A DNA stretch of 64,000 bases from Chloroflexota bacterium (GTDB lineage: Bacteria > Chloroflexota > UBA11872 > VXOZ01), in NCBI GenBank assembly GCA_964291655.2, contig OZ219802.1, forward strand, positions 1,472,001-1,536,000, written 5' to 3'. Of the stretch, positions 19,744 to 29,174 are shown piece by piece. The notes below the pieces were generated by a model. It was not told where the DNA came from, searched no databases, and worked only from the letters and a program-made list of their open reading frames with translations. Within the stretch, counting starts at the first letter, position 1. Every line of letters starts with the position of its first letter. Made by a program: the position numbers and the translations under genes.

Positions 19744-19890
19744 AGCCACTAGGGAAGCCGCATGGTCGAGAGCCTCCGCACAGACGGGGGCAACCCTTGG
19801 AACCTGACCCGGATCATGCCATTAGTCTAGAGGTTGCCAGTGATCTGGTAGATGCCAGCGATCTGGAAAATGCCAGCGGAGAAAAGCGGC
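19744..19890 (+). ncRNA. TPP riboswitch-like leader, atypical (P5 module repeated four times)
   Basis: AGGG..GC...GAGAG...ACCCTTGGAACCTGACCCGGATCATGCC...ATGCCAGCGGAG core directly upstream of thiG. Confidence 0.75.
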
Positions 19891-20024
19891 AGCACACGAA
19901 GACGCCGCTGCAAATCGCTTTCCTTACCTATGCAGCAGTTTTTCGTGTTGAGTGGGGCGAGGGTGGAAGCGCGTGACAGGCACACTCCTTCGCTTCAGTT
20001 ACAGCATGTGAAAAAGGAACGGAA

Positions 20025-20801
20025 ATGACAGACGCGCTTGAAATAGCGGGGAAGCAATTCACGTCGCGGCTGATGATTGGTACCGGCAAATACCGCACGC
20101 CTGCAGAGATGGTGCAAGCCATCGAGGCATCCGGAGCCGAGATTATTACCGTGGCGATACGACGCCTCGATCTCAGCAATCCCTCGGAGAAGACGATTCT
20201 CGATCACATCGATTGGGACCGCTACACGATCTTGCCGAACACGGCCGGCGCCCGCACCGCGGACGAAGCGATTGTGACCTCTAAGTTGGCGCGGGAACTC
20301 ACGGGTTCGGACTGGGTCAAGCTGGAAGTGCAGCCGGACCCGGCTTCGCTCTTGCCGGACCCGGTGGATACGCTCCATGCCGCCGAGGCGCTCGTCAAGG
20401 ATGGCTTTGTCGTGCTGCCGTACATTCACGCCGATCCAATTCTGGCGCGGCGCTTGGAGGACGTGGGTTGCGCCACCGTGATGCCCCTCGGCTCGCCGAT
20501 CGGATCCGGCCAAGGCATCTTTACGCGGGAAGAGATCGAATTGATCGTCGAGCAGGCCAACGTGCCCGTGGTCGTGGACGCCGGGCTCGCCGTGCCGTCC
20601 GAAGCCTCCCAGTCACTGGAAATCGGGGCGGACGCCGTGCTCATCAACACGGCAATTGCCCGCGCTGCCGACCCGGTGCTCATGGCGGAAGGCTTCCGTC
20701 TCGGCGTCGAGGCCGGACGCAAAGCCTACCTTGCCGGACGCATCGCGCAGCAGAAATTCGCCACCCCCAGCAGTCCGGTAGCGGGAGTCGTCCACGCCTA
20801 G
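20025..20801 (+). CDS. thiG: Thiazole synthase
   Basis: [35 protein letters not shown] and VLINTAIA motifs; RBS AAGGA. Confidence 0.97.
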   Translation: MTDALEIAGKQFTSRLMIGTGKYRTPAEMVQAIEASGAEIITVAIRRLDLSNPSEKTILDHIDWDRYTILPNTAGARTADEAIVTSKLARELTGSDWVKLEVQPDPASLLPDPVDTLHAAEALVKDGFVVLPYIHADPILARRLEDVGCATVMPLGSPIGSGQGIFTREEIELIVEQANVPVVVDAGLAVPSEASQSLEIGADAVLINTAIARAADPVLMAEGFRLGVEAGRKAYLAGRIAQQKFATPSSPVAGVVHA

Positions 20802-20821
20802 CCAGGCCGGTCTCACGCCGC

Positions 20822-21538
20822 ATGAAACCCCAACTGCCATACCCCTGCCTCACGCTCATTACGCGCCTCAGCGCGCCGCAGGGCGTTGCGCCGCCGGATT
20901 CGGGTCCCGCACGGCGACCCGGCTTCCCTATGCTTACGCGGAATCCGCTTGCGAGCACGCTCATCCAGCGAGTCCGGGAAGGCGTGGAGGGCGGTGTACG
21001 CGTGGTGCAGGTGCGGGAGAAAGAGTCATTCGCCAAGGACCTGTACACCCTTGCACAGCAATTGCGGCACATCACCGCGGACCGCGCGCTCTTGCTCATC
21101 AACGACCGCATCGACGTTGCCCTTGCCGTCGGCGCGGATGGAGTCCACTTACCTGAAGACGGCCTGCCCGTGCAGGCGGCGCGCCGCTTGCTGGGCGAGG
21201 ACAAACTGATCGGCTGTTCCGTGCATAACGTCGCCAGCGCCCTGCAGTGTGCACAGGCCGGCGCGGACTTCGTGCACGTCGGCACACTGTATGCGACGGA
21301 CTCCAAGCCGGGACGCATACCGGCCGGGCCGCAGTTGGTGCGTGACGTGGCGGCGGCAGTCGACATTCCCGTTATCGGGGTGGGAGGCATTTCGGCGCAG
21401 AACGCGCCAACCGTTATGGCAGCCGGCGCTCACGGCGTGGCCGTAATCAGCGCCCTGCTCGACGCTCCTGATACATCCGAGGCGGCACACGAGCTGACCA
21501 GCGCCCTTGCGGAGCGGGCACAGGTGCGACCGCAATGA
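20822..21538 (+). CDS. thiE: Thiamine phosphate synthase
   Basis: VQVREK, LINDRIDVA..VGADGVHL, GCSVH, T.SKP and VGGI motifs; position in the operon. Confidence 0.92.
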   Translation: MKPQLPYPCLTLITRLSAPQGVAPPDSGPARRPGFPMLTRNPLASTLIQRVREGVEGGVRVVQVREKESFAKDLYTLAQQLRHITADRALLLINDRIDVALAVGADGVHLPEDGLPVQAARRLLGEDKLIGCSVHNVASALQCAQAGADFVHVGTLYATDSKPGRIPAGPQLVRDVAAAVDIPVIGVGGISAQNAPTVMAAGAHGVAVISALLDAPDTSEAAHELTSALAERAQVRPQ

Positions 21539-21909
21539 CGGCAGATAAGCGAATCCCCCATACTGAAGCGGTACAACCGCAGACGGCGCGCATTCGCATC
21601 AGGGTGAACGGGGAAGACCGGCGGTTGGCTGCACGTACGGCACTGGCTACCTTCCTCACAACACAAGATGTGCCGGCGCAATTCGTCGCCGTGGCCGTGA
21701 ACAATGAGGTAGTCCGACGCGCCGACCACCCCCGCGTCATACTCCAAGATGGCGACGTCGTGGAGATCGTCCGCATGGTCGGCGGAGGCTGCGGCCGGCA
21801 GGACAAGACGCGTTCTGCCCCGGCTACCGCGCACATTGACCCCGGCCGGGGTGCGCACCAAGAAGACCCGTATCCATGCCGGCAGAAAGCGCAGGGGCAA
21901 TGTCCATGA
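21535..21909 (+). CDS. thiS: Sulfur carrier ThiS with C-terminal extension after VGGG
   Basis: IRVNGE..VAVAVNNEVV..LQDGDVVEIVRMVGGG followed by about 39 extra residues. Confidence 0.88.
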   Translation: MTADKRIPHTEAVQPQTARIRIRVNGEDRRLAARTALATFLTTQDVPAQFVAVAVNNEVVRRADHPRVILQDGDVVEIVRMVGGGCGRQDKTRSAPATAHIDPGRGAHQEDPYPCRQKAQGQCP

Positions 21910-23015
21910 CGACTGAGGTCGCCATCGTCGGCGGCGGCATCATTGGCTGCGCGCTCGCGTATGCCTTGGCCAAAGATGGTGTGCGGGTAGCCGTCTTCGA
22001 GCAGGAGCGCGTCGGCGGCCAGGCGCGCATCGCCGCGGCCGGCATCTTGGGGGCCGGTGTAGAAGGGGACACCAAGAGCCCGCAATCCAATCTGGCCGCG
22101 CAATCGGCCAAACTCTACCCCGCCTTTGCAGCCGAGCTTGAGGCCGTCACCGGGCTGGACGCTACCTACACGCGTTCCGGCGCGCTCACCATCGTATTTG
22201 GCAAGACACAAGCCATGTTTCTCGAACACCAGGCCGGCGTGCTTGCCGCAGAGGGACAGCGCGTTGCCTGGCTTGAGCCCGTCACCCTGCAAGCGACTGA
22301 GCCGTTGCTCTCCACTAAAGCGCGGGGCGCGCTCTTCTTCCAAGACGATGCTCACGTCTACGCGCCGCAACTCATGCACGTGCTCACACTGGCGGCTGTA
22401 GCCCAGGGTGTGACACTACACGAGTACACGCCGGTGCATAGCTTCCTCACCGCCGGTGAGCGCGTCACCGGTTTGCAAACGGCTGCGGGTCCCGTGCACG
22501 CCGATCACGTCGTCATCGCCGCCGGAGCGTGGAGCCGGTCCCTCGGCGACCATTTGGGCATCAGCCTACCGCTAAAGCCGACCCGCGGCCAGGTGATGGT
22601 GCTGGAGACGTACGACCGCCCGCTGCGGCGCGTGGTCTTTGGCGCCGGCGGCTACCTGGCGCCGAAGCAGGACGGACGCATCGTCGTCGGCGCCACGGAA
22701 GAAGACGCGGGTTTCGAGCGCGAGAATACCGCCGGCGGCGTGGCGTTTCTGGTCAAGCTATTGCAGAGGCTCGCCCCCAACCTCGTGGACGCGCGCGTGC
22801 ACCACTTTGGGGTAGGACTGCGGCCCACGCCGTCCGACAGACTGCCGCTGCTGGGACCGGTCGCGCACTGGCCGGGCCTCTGGGTCGCCGCCGGCCACCA
22901 CCGCAACGGCATCCTGCTCGCCCCCATTACCGCGCAACTCATGCGCAACGCCATACTGGATGGCGACCTGGCGCCGCTGGAACCGTATGCTCCCGATCGC
23001 TTTGCCGCGCAGTGA
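21906..23015 (+). CDS. thiO: Glycine oxidase
   Basis: IVGGGIIG FAD motif; RGQ, GLRP and GHHRNGILLAP motifs; thi operon context. Confidence 0.92.
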   Translation: MTTEVAIVGGGIIGCALAYALAKDGVRVAVFEQERVGGQARIAAAGILGAGVEGDTKSPQSNLAAQSAKLYPAFAAELEAVTGLDATYTRSGALTIVFGKTQAMFLEHQAGVLAAEGQRVAWLEPVTLQATEPLLSTKARGALFFQDDAHVYAPQLMHVLTLAAVAQGVTLHEYTPVHSFLTAGERVTGLQTAAGPVHADHVVIAAGAWSRSLGDHLGISLPLKPTRGQVMVLETYDRPLRRVVFGAGGYLAPKQDGRIVVGATEEDAGFERENTAGGVAFLVKLLQRLAPNLVDARVHHFGVGLRPTPSDRLPLLGPVAHWPGLWVAAGHHRNGILLAPITAQLMRNAILDGDLAPLEPYAPDRFAAQ

Positions 23016-23091
23016 GCAGCCGCAGTGCCGTGTGAACACCGGGCATTCTGTTGTATGCGGCATGTTCGGATGAGTTTGGAAAGGTAGACGC

Positions 23092-24102
23092 ATGTCAGAA
23101 CAGCACCCAGACGCGCCGCCGGCATCCAACGACACGCTGACGCTTGAACCGCAGACCGCGTTTAGCGGCCCAATGCTATCGTTCCACTTTCCCGGCCTGG
23201 CGATTGGCGTCGCCGAGTACGAGGCGGGCCCAACCGGCTGCACGGTATTCCAATTCGGCCATAGCGCCGTCGCCGCCGTAGACATTCGCGGCGGGGCGCA
23301 CGCGACACTTTACACCGAAGCGCTGCAAAACGGTGAAGGCAAGCTGGATGCCATTTGCCTGGCCGGCGGCTCGTTCTACGGCCTGGAAGCCGCGACGGGC
23401 GTGGCGGCGGAATTGCTCGCTCAACGCGCTTACTCGCCCCATTGGGGCAACATCGCCCTCGTATCCGGCGCGATCATCTATGACTTCGGGCCACGCGACA
23501 ATGCCATATATCCGGACAAAGCCCTGGGTCGCGCGGCGCTCAAGGCGGCGCGACCGGGAGTCTTTCCGTTGGGCCCACGGGGCGCGGGACGCTCGGCGAC
23601 GGTGGGCAAGTGGCTGCAGAAGCCCTATCGCAGCGAGGCCGCGGGACAGGGCGGCGCGTTTCGTGAAGTCGCTGGCGTGAAAGTGGCCGTCTTCACGGTG
23701 GTGAATGCCGTGGGCGCCATAGTCGACCGCCAGGGACGGGTGGTGCGGGGCTCGTTGCATCCGGAGACAGGTGAACGCCCGCGCGTGGCTGACGCCGGTT
23801 TGCCACCGCCGCCCCCACAGGGGAACACCACGCTCACCGTCGTGGTCACGAATCAGATCCTCGGAGGCTGGTCGCTGCGGCAGCTTGCCCGCCACGTCCA
23901 CTCGTCCATGGCGCGGGCCATCGAGCCACTGCACACCATCTCCGACGGCGACGTGCTCTATGCGGTGACCACCAACGAGATAGCGCAACAAGACGGATTA
24001 AACGAATACGTGCTTGGCGTGCTTGCCTCCGAGACCGCCTGGGACGCGGTGCTCGCGTCGTACAACGACGACGGCCAGGAAAGTCTTGATGAGGACTTCT
24101 AG
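23092..24102 (+). CDS. Peptidase S58 / DmpA (P1) family
   Basis: TGCTV, DIRGGA, LAGGSFYGL, VVNAVG, GNTTLTVVVTN autocleavage region, HT.SDGD. Confidence 0.88.
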   Translation: MSEQHPDAPPASNDTLTLEPQTAFSGPMLSFHFPGLAIGVAEYEAGPTGCTVFQFGHSAVAAVDIRGGAHATLYTEALQNGEGKLDAICLAGGSFYGLEAATGVAAELLAQRAYSPHWGNIALVSGAIIYDFGPRDNAIYPDKALGRAALKAARPGVFPLGPRGAGRSATVGKWLQKPYRSEAAGQGGAFREVAGVKVAVFTVVNAVGAIVDRQGRVVRGSLHPETGERPRVADAGLPPPPPQGNTTLTVVVTNQILGGWSLRQLARHVHSSMARAIEPLHTISDGDVLYAVTTNEIAQQDGLNEYVLGVLASETAWDAVLASYNDDGQESLDEDF

Positions 24103-24208
24103 CAGGAGAGCAGCAAGTGAACTTAATACGCCCACACTGTGTAGGCCAGTGGACGCTGAGCCAGCGGCGTATCCCAGGCGACAAGTACCAAATTCCAAAT
24201 GTCACTCC

Positions 24209-24462
24209 TGTAAGTGTTGAGTAATTCGTTGACAGAATCCGCTTTCCATTCTGAGGAGTTGACGGTTCATGTCATTCCGAGCGCAGCGAGGAATCTAGAG
24301 TCAATGTCGAACATGGTCCATATGGCACAGTACTCTAGATTCCGCGCTAAGAGCGACACTTCGCTGCGCTTCGTTCGGAATGACATATGTACTTGTCATG
24401 TCTAGCACTGCGGAAGGTTGCTTTTGTTCTCAAACCTGTCAACGAATTACCTGACATCTACA
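24209..24462. mobile_element. 254-bp TGT..ACA MITE (here MITE-C) inserted in an ATTCC..GGAAT REP
   Basis: Terminal inverted repeats TGTAAGTGTTGAGTAATTCGTTGACAG / TGTAGATGTCAGGTAATTCGTTGACAG; flanks ACTCC and ATTCC; inverted REP pair inside. Confidence 0.8.
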
Positions 24463-24759
24463 ATTCCGAGCGCAGCGAGGAATCTAGGATGCCTACCAAT
24501 CGGAATTCATTGACAATGCATCCCATGAGCCCTTACAAAACGTCACTGTCGATTCCCCGCTGAATGACGGGGATGGCCGCTGCTCCATGACTGCGAAGAC
24601 TATGCTGCGAGCTGAGTGCATGGCTTGCGCGGGAATGACGGAAGCGGTATTCGCTTGCTCTAAGATCGCAGGTGGGCTGATTCCCTGTTCTTCACCATAG
24701 TCAGGCACGCCCTTGCGTCTAAGAGAAATGTCCCGACATAGGCAATTAGCGAGCGCCAA

Positions 24760-25473
24760 TTGAGTACCACACCGACGATCGGCACCTATCAGGAGAAGTC
24801 GCTGCACGCGGCGCTTAAGGACTGGTACGCCGCGCCCGGCGACCAAGCCGAACAGCCCGTCGACGGCTACGTGATTGACCTGATTCGCGGTGACGAACTC
24901 ATCGAGATTCAGACGCGGAATTTCTCCGCCATCAAGCGTAAGCTGGCCGCGTTGCTGCCCCAACACGCGGTGCGTCTCGTGCATCCCATTCCGGCGCAAA
25001 AGTGGATCGTGCGGCTCGACCGCGACGGCGCAACCGTGCTCAGCCGCCGCCGTTCGCCCAAGCGCGGCACGGTGCTCGATGTCTTCGATGAACTTGTGAG
25101 CATCCCGCACCTCGTCACCCACCCGCGGTTTTCGTTGGAGGTGCTGCTGGTAGAGGTCGAGGAAACCCGCCAACTGGACGGCCGCGGCAGTTGGCGGCGG
25201 CGCGGCTGGAGCATTCACGACCAAGTGCTTGTCGGCATTTCATCGCAGCACCGCTTCCACGGCCCGTCTGACTTCGCCGCCCTCCTGCCTGCTACGCTGC
25301 CGGAGCCGTTTACCAGCAGCCGGCTTGCCGCCAGACTCGGCGTGCGCCACGGCCAGGGACAGAAGATCGCCTACTGCCTGCGCCACATGGGGGCAATCGA
25401 AATCGTCGGCAAGCAGGGCAACGCCTACCAATACCGGCGCGCGGTAGTGCCGATACCGAATCCGTCCGCATGA
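24760..25473 (+). CDS. Conserved hypothetical protein, PD-(D/E)XK nuclease-like with possible C-terminal winged helix
   Basis: IGTYQEKSLHAALK; YVIDLIRGDELIEIQT (D..E.Q); C-terminal FTS..LA..LG....QKIAYCL. Confidence 0.65.
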   Translation: MSTTPTIGTYQEKSLHAALKDWYAAPGDQAEQPVDGYVIDLIRGDELIEIQTRNFSAIKRKLAALLPQHAVRLVHPIPAQKWIVRLDRDGATVLSRRRSPKRGTVLDVFDELVSIPHLVTHPRFSLEVLLVEVEETRQLDGRGSWRRRGWSIHDQVLVGISSQHRFHGPSDFAALLPATLPEPFTSSRLAARLGVRHGQGQKIAYCLRHMGAIEIVGKQGNAYQYRRAVVPIPNPSA

Positions 25474-25570
25474 CCGCCGCGCCATCATGGTCGAAAATTG
25501 CGGTCCGCGATTGAAAGACTGCGGCTTCACGCAAGCACTGCGCGGTGCTCATTCAGTGACCAATTAAGCG

Positions 25571-25614
25571 AGCAGGAGGGCCGGTTCGTAGTCCAGCCCT
25601 CCTGCTTTTCATTT
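25571..25614. terminator. Hairpin terminator between convergent genes
   Basis: AGCAGGAGGGC...GCCCTCCTGCT followed by TTTCATTT. Confidence 0.75.
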
Positions 25615-25636
25615 ACAATTCTTGGCGGCTCACTTC

Positions 25637-26704
25637 CTAGTCCAGCGGGAACGTCACCGGCGCGGGTGAAATCTTACCGGCTTTTTGGATGCCGACGGCG
25701 ATCTCCAGCGCGTGGCGCGCCTCGTCGCCGGTGATTGCCGGTGGCCGGTTCTCGTGGATTGCCTGCACCATGTCCTCTACCTGGACCTGGTGGCCGTTCC
25801 AGCCTTTGACCGTGGGGTCGGCGGCAGCGGTCATACGCGCGGAGTAGCCGGACTTCATCTCCTGCTCCTCCTCTTCTTCCCGGTCGCCCTGGATGCGCCA
25901 GGTGACGACACCGGCGTTCGTCAGGCAAATGGTGCCCTTCTCGCCGAAGAAGTGGAAGTTATGATCGAGCCCCGGATAGGCCGACGTGGTGAAGACCATG
26001 TTGCCGAATGACCCATTGGCAAAACGCGCGTTCACCACGGCCAGGTCTTCCGTTTCGATATCGTGGGTGAAGGTGCCAAGCTGGGCGGTCAGCGACTCCA
26101 CCGGGCCCATGATCCACTGGAGAAGATCGATGCTGTGGATGCCCTGGTTCATGGACGCGCCGCCGCCGTCGAACTTGTAGGTGCCGCGCCAACTGACCGG
26201 GCCGCCGCCGGAAAAGTACTCCGCCGTGCGCAGCCAGTAGAGCTGCACGTCGGCGTAGAAGACGCGTCCCAAACGGCCGGCAGCGATGGTCTCTTTCACT
26301 TTGGCGTAGAGCGGGTGCAGGCGCGATTGAAAGATCGCCGCCAATTTCACGCCGTTTTCATGGCACGCCGCCATCAGCGCGTCGGCCTTCTCCAGGGTGA
26401 CGTCCAGGGGTTTCTCGCAAATGACGTGCTTGCCGGCTTTTGCGGCTTGGATGCCCAACTCGGCATGGGTGCCGGTGGGGGTGCAGATGTTCACGACCTG
26501 CACGGCATCGTCGGCCAGCAGCTCAGCCACAGAGCCGTAGGCCGTGACGTTATGTTCATTCGCAAGGCCCACCGCAAACTGCGGCTCCATGTCGGCAATG
26601 CCGATCAACTCCGCCCCGGCGGCGTCTTTAATGGCCTGCGTGTGGGAGCGGGCAATGCCCCCGGCGCCGATCACGCCAAACCCAATCGCTTGCTGAGTCG
26701 CCAT
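25637..26704 (-). CDS. Gfo/Idh/MocA family oxidoreductase
   Basis: GVIGAGGIA; GKHVICEKPL; WRGT...DGGG..MNQGIHSID. Confidence 0.92.
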   Translation of the reverse strand: MATQQAIGFGVIGAGGIARSHTQAIKDAAGAELIGIADMEPQFAVGLANEHNVTAYGSVAELLADDAVQVVNICTPTGTHAELGIQAAKAGKHVICEKPLDVTLEKADALMAACHENGVKLAAIFQSRLHPLYAKVKETIAAGRLGRVFYADVQLYWLRTAEYFSGGGPVSWRGTYKFDGGGASMNQGIHSIDLLQWIMGPVESLTAQLGTFTHDIETEDLAVVNARFANGSFGNMVFTTSAYPGLDHNFHFFGEKGTICLTNAGVVTWRIQGDREEEEEQEMKSGYSARMTAAADPTVKGWNGHQVQVEDMVQAIHENRPPAITGDEARHALEIAVGIQKAGKISPAPVTFPLD

Positions 26705-26821
26705 GTTGCACATCTCTCCTTCTGTACACTCACTTCAGCGTCCGGCCCGCCCTTGCCACGCGGGGCGGGACATGCTTACTCACATATTGTTATTCTTCAA
26801 TTCCCGCTGAACTGCCAGCGG

Positions 26822-26961
26822 TGCTTCGACCCTTCGACAGAGCCTGCCGAAGTGCTCCGGACAGGCAAGCTCGGCACGAACGGTAGATTGCACCTAACCC
26901 TTCGCCCTGGGTCCATCCGTTTGCCCTACTTCAATCCGCTCGCCCTGAGCCTGTCGAAGGG
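26822..26961. repeat. Inverted pair of CTTCGAC..CTGAGCCTGTCGAAG-type REPs with nested inserts
   Basis: CTTCGAC-CCTTCGACAG-AGCCTGCCGAAGT-GCTCCGGACAGG-CAAGCTCGGCACGAACGG and CCGCTCGCCCTGAGCCTGTCGAAGGG. Confidence 0.75.
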
Positions 26962-27014
26962 TCGCAGGATCGCAGGGCAAGCACATGAGGGCTAATTTTG
27001 CTTCACGGCCGACC

Positions 27015-28313
27015 CTAAGCTACTTCATAGTGCTGCAGGTCTACTATCAGCGTATCGTCGCGGTGCGGGCCCACGCCCACCATGCAGATTGGCGCACCTG
27101 CTAGTTCACTTATGCGTTCCAAGTACGCCTGGGCATTGGGTGGCAGGTCATGCCATGCCCGGGCGCTGGTTGTTGGCTGCTGCCAGCCGGGAAATTCCTC
27201 ATAGATAGGCCGGGCACGTGCCATCAGGCGTGTGTCCGGTACTGTCTCATAGCGCGTGCCGTCCACGTCGTAGGCGACGCAAATCTTGAGCGTGGGCATT
27301 TGATCGAGCACGTCGATCTTGGTGACGGCAATCGACGAAAAGCCGCAGAGTTCGGCGGCGTAGCCCACGGCGACGGCATCGAACCAGCCGCAGCGGCGGG
27401 GCCGTCCCGTGGTAGCGCCGTACTCCTCACCGATTTCCCGCAGAGTCTCGCCCATTTCGCCGTCAAGATCGGTCGGCACCGGGCCTTCGCCCACCGCCGT
27501 GGTGTAGGCTTTGACCACCCCAATGATGTTGCCGATCCGATGCGGCGGCACTCCGGCTCCGGTGGCGCTACCGCCGGCTATGGGAGACGATGACGTTACA
27601 TAGGGGTATATCCCCCAATCGATGTCACGCAAGGCGCCAAGCTGGCCTTCCAGGAGGATCGTCCTATCCTCTCGCAACGCCTGCTGCACCAAGGGATGCG
27701 TATTCTTGATGTACGGTCCGAGTTGCTTGCCCCAGGCGAGGGCCTGCTCCAGCACGTCGGCGTAAGCGAGCGGCTCGTGGTCATACACACGCGTCAGGAG
27801 GCTATTCTTCGCCTCCAACACTTGCCGCAAGTATTCGCGCAAGTGTGCCGCGTCGGTCAGGTCACCCATGCGCAGCCCGATACGTGCCGCCTTGTCCGTA
27901 TAGCAGGGTCCGATGCCGCGCTTGGTCGTGCCCTGCGCGTTCTTGCCGCGCGCCTCTTCCTCAAGGCCGTCGAAGAGCACATGATAGGGCATCACCACCT
28001 GCGCTCGTTCGGATATGTGAACGTGACTAGGAGCAGTTTCCAGGCCCGCGTCGTTCAGCATCTTCATTTCCGCTAGGAATGACTGCGGATTGATCGCCAT
28101 GCCCGTGCCGAGCACATTGTGCACATGCGGGTAGAATACCCCGCATGGAAAGAGATGCAACGCAAACTTGCCATGGCTGTTTACAACCGTATGACCTGCG
28201 TTATCCCCACCTTGGTACCGAACTACCATGTGGGCCTGCGAGGCCAGGAAATCCACCACGCGCCCTTTGCCCTCATCACCCCACTGGGCTCCAACCACGG
28301 CTGTAACTGGCAT
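27015..28313 (-). CDS. purA: Adenylosuccinate synthetase
   Basis: GAQWGDEGKG, GGDNAGHT, GTTKRGIGP.Y and EYGATTGRPRRCGWFD motifs. Confidence 0.98.
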   Translation of the reverse strand: MPVTAVVGAQWGDEGKGRVVDFLASQAHMVVRYQGGDNAGHTVVNSHGKFALHLFPCGVFYPHVHNVLGTGMAINPQSFLAEMKMLNDAGLETAPSHVHISERAQVVMPYHVLFDGLEEEARGKNAQGTTKRGIGPCYTDKAARIGLRMGDLTDAAHLREYLRQVLEAKNSLLTRVYDHEPLAYADVLEQALAWGKQLGPYIKNTHPLVQQALREDRTILLEGQLGALRDIDWGIYPYVTSSSPIAGGSATGAGVPPHRIGNIIGVVKAYTTAVGEGPVPTDLDGEMGETLREIGEEYGATTGRPRRCGWFDAVAVGYAAELCGFSSIAVTKIDVLDQMPTLKICVAYDVDGTRYETVPDTRLMARARPIYEEFPGWQQPTTSARAWHDLPPNAQAYLERISELAGAPICMVGVGPHRDDTLIVDLQHYEVA

Positions 28314-28477
28314 GGATGCCTCCCTCAACACAAGCTAAACCAAGCCGTTCGTTTAGCAGAAAGACCGAACCCCGGCATCACCGGCGTGATGCGCCATTCC
28401 TTATGGTACCCTATGCCCGCGTGCCGGACAAACCACCCGTCTTGACAGGGAGACTCGCCATGTAGCGCGGGCAAAGA

Positions 28478-29083
28478 CTAACGTCCGCGCCTCTTTCTCC
28501 CGCTTCCCGCGCCATCGCCGGCAGCGGCTGTGGCGCCAACGAGCAACAATACCGCAATTAGCAGGAACGCGCCGAGCGCCATCACGGGGATGGAAACGAA
28601 CCCAAACTCGCGCAACCACATAACGTTGCAGGGCGCATCCGCGCTGCAGCTTGTCGACTGTTGCAGACTGGGCACACGCTGCAAAAGCGCATGATAGAAG
28701 GCAAGACCCGCGCCGATACCTGCCAACGGCAGCGCATACCAGCGCACGTCGCGATCGTCGCGGATCGCGCTGATACCAAGGACCACTACCAAGGGATACA
28801 TAGCGATGCGTTGCAGCCAACAGAGCGTGCACGGCGGATAGTGAGCAATCTCAGAGAGGTAGAGACTGCCCAGGGTTGCGACAAGCGCCGCCACCCATGC
28901 CAGACCAAGCGCAGAGTCCCGGCCGTGCGCCCAGACGCGTTCCAGCAGGGTCGTGCGTGCGGGAACTGCGGCTGACACTACACGCTGCCACACTCCTGCG
29001 ACTATGATTACGGGTATCGCCCCGAATGCGATCAGGGTGAGCGTTGCAAGGGCTTGAGGCACGGACCACATAGGGAACGTCAC
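28478..29083 (-). CDS. Disulfide bond formation protein B (DsbB/BdbC family)
   Basis: GSLYLSEI...PCTLCWLQRIAMYPL; second Cys pair CSADAPC; FVSIPVMAL. Confidence 0.9.
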   Translation of the reverse strand: MTFPMWSVPQALATLTLIAFGAIPVIIVAGVWQRVVSAAVPARTTLLERVWAHGRDSALGLAWVAALVATLGSLYLSEIAHYPPCTLCWLQRIAMYPLVVVLGISAIRDDRDVRWYALPLAGIGAGLAFYHALLQRVPSLQQSTSCSADAPCNVMWLREFGFVSIPVMALGAFLLIAVLLLVGATAAAGDGAGSGRKRRGR

Positions 29084-29174
29084 TCCCCAATTATCCTGAA
29101 GAGTACCGAATTAGCAATCGTACACCGCTGTCTGCGGCGCTAAATCCATTGGATATCCAGACTCACGCGCGCTG

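Noticed and set aside
19722-19976. Leader peptide with 6-aa repeats
   Set aside because: It is a by-product of the 18-nt RNA repeat; the riboswitch reading explains the sequence better.
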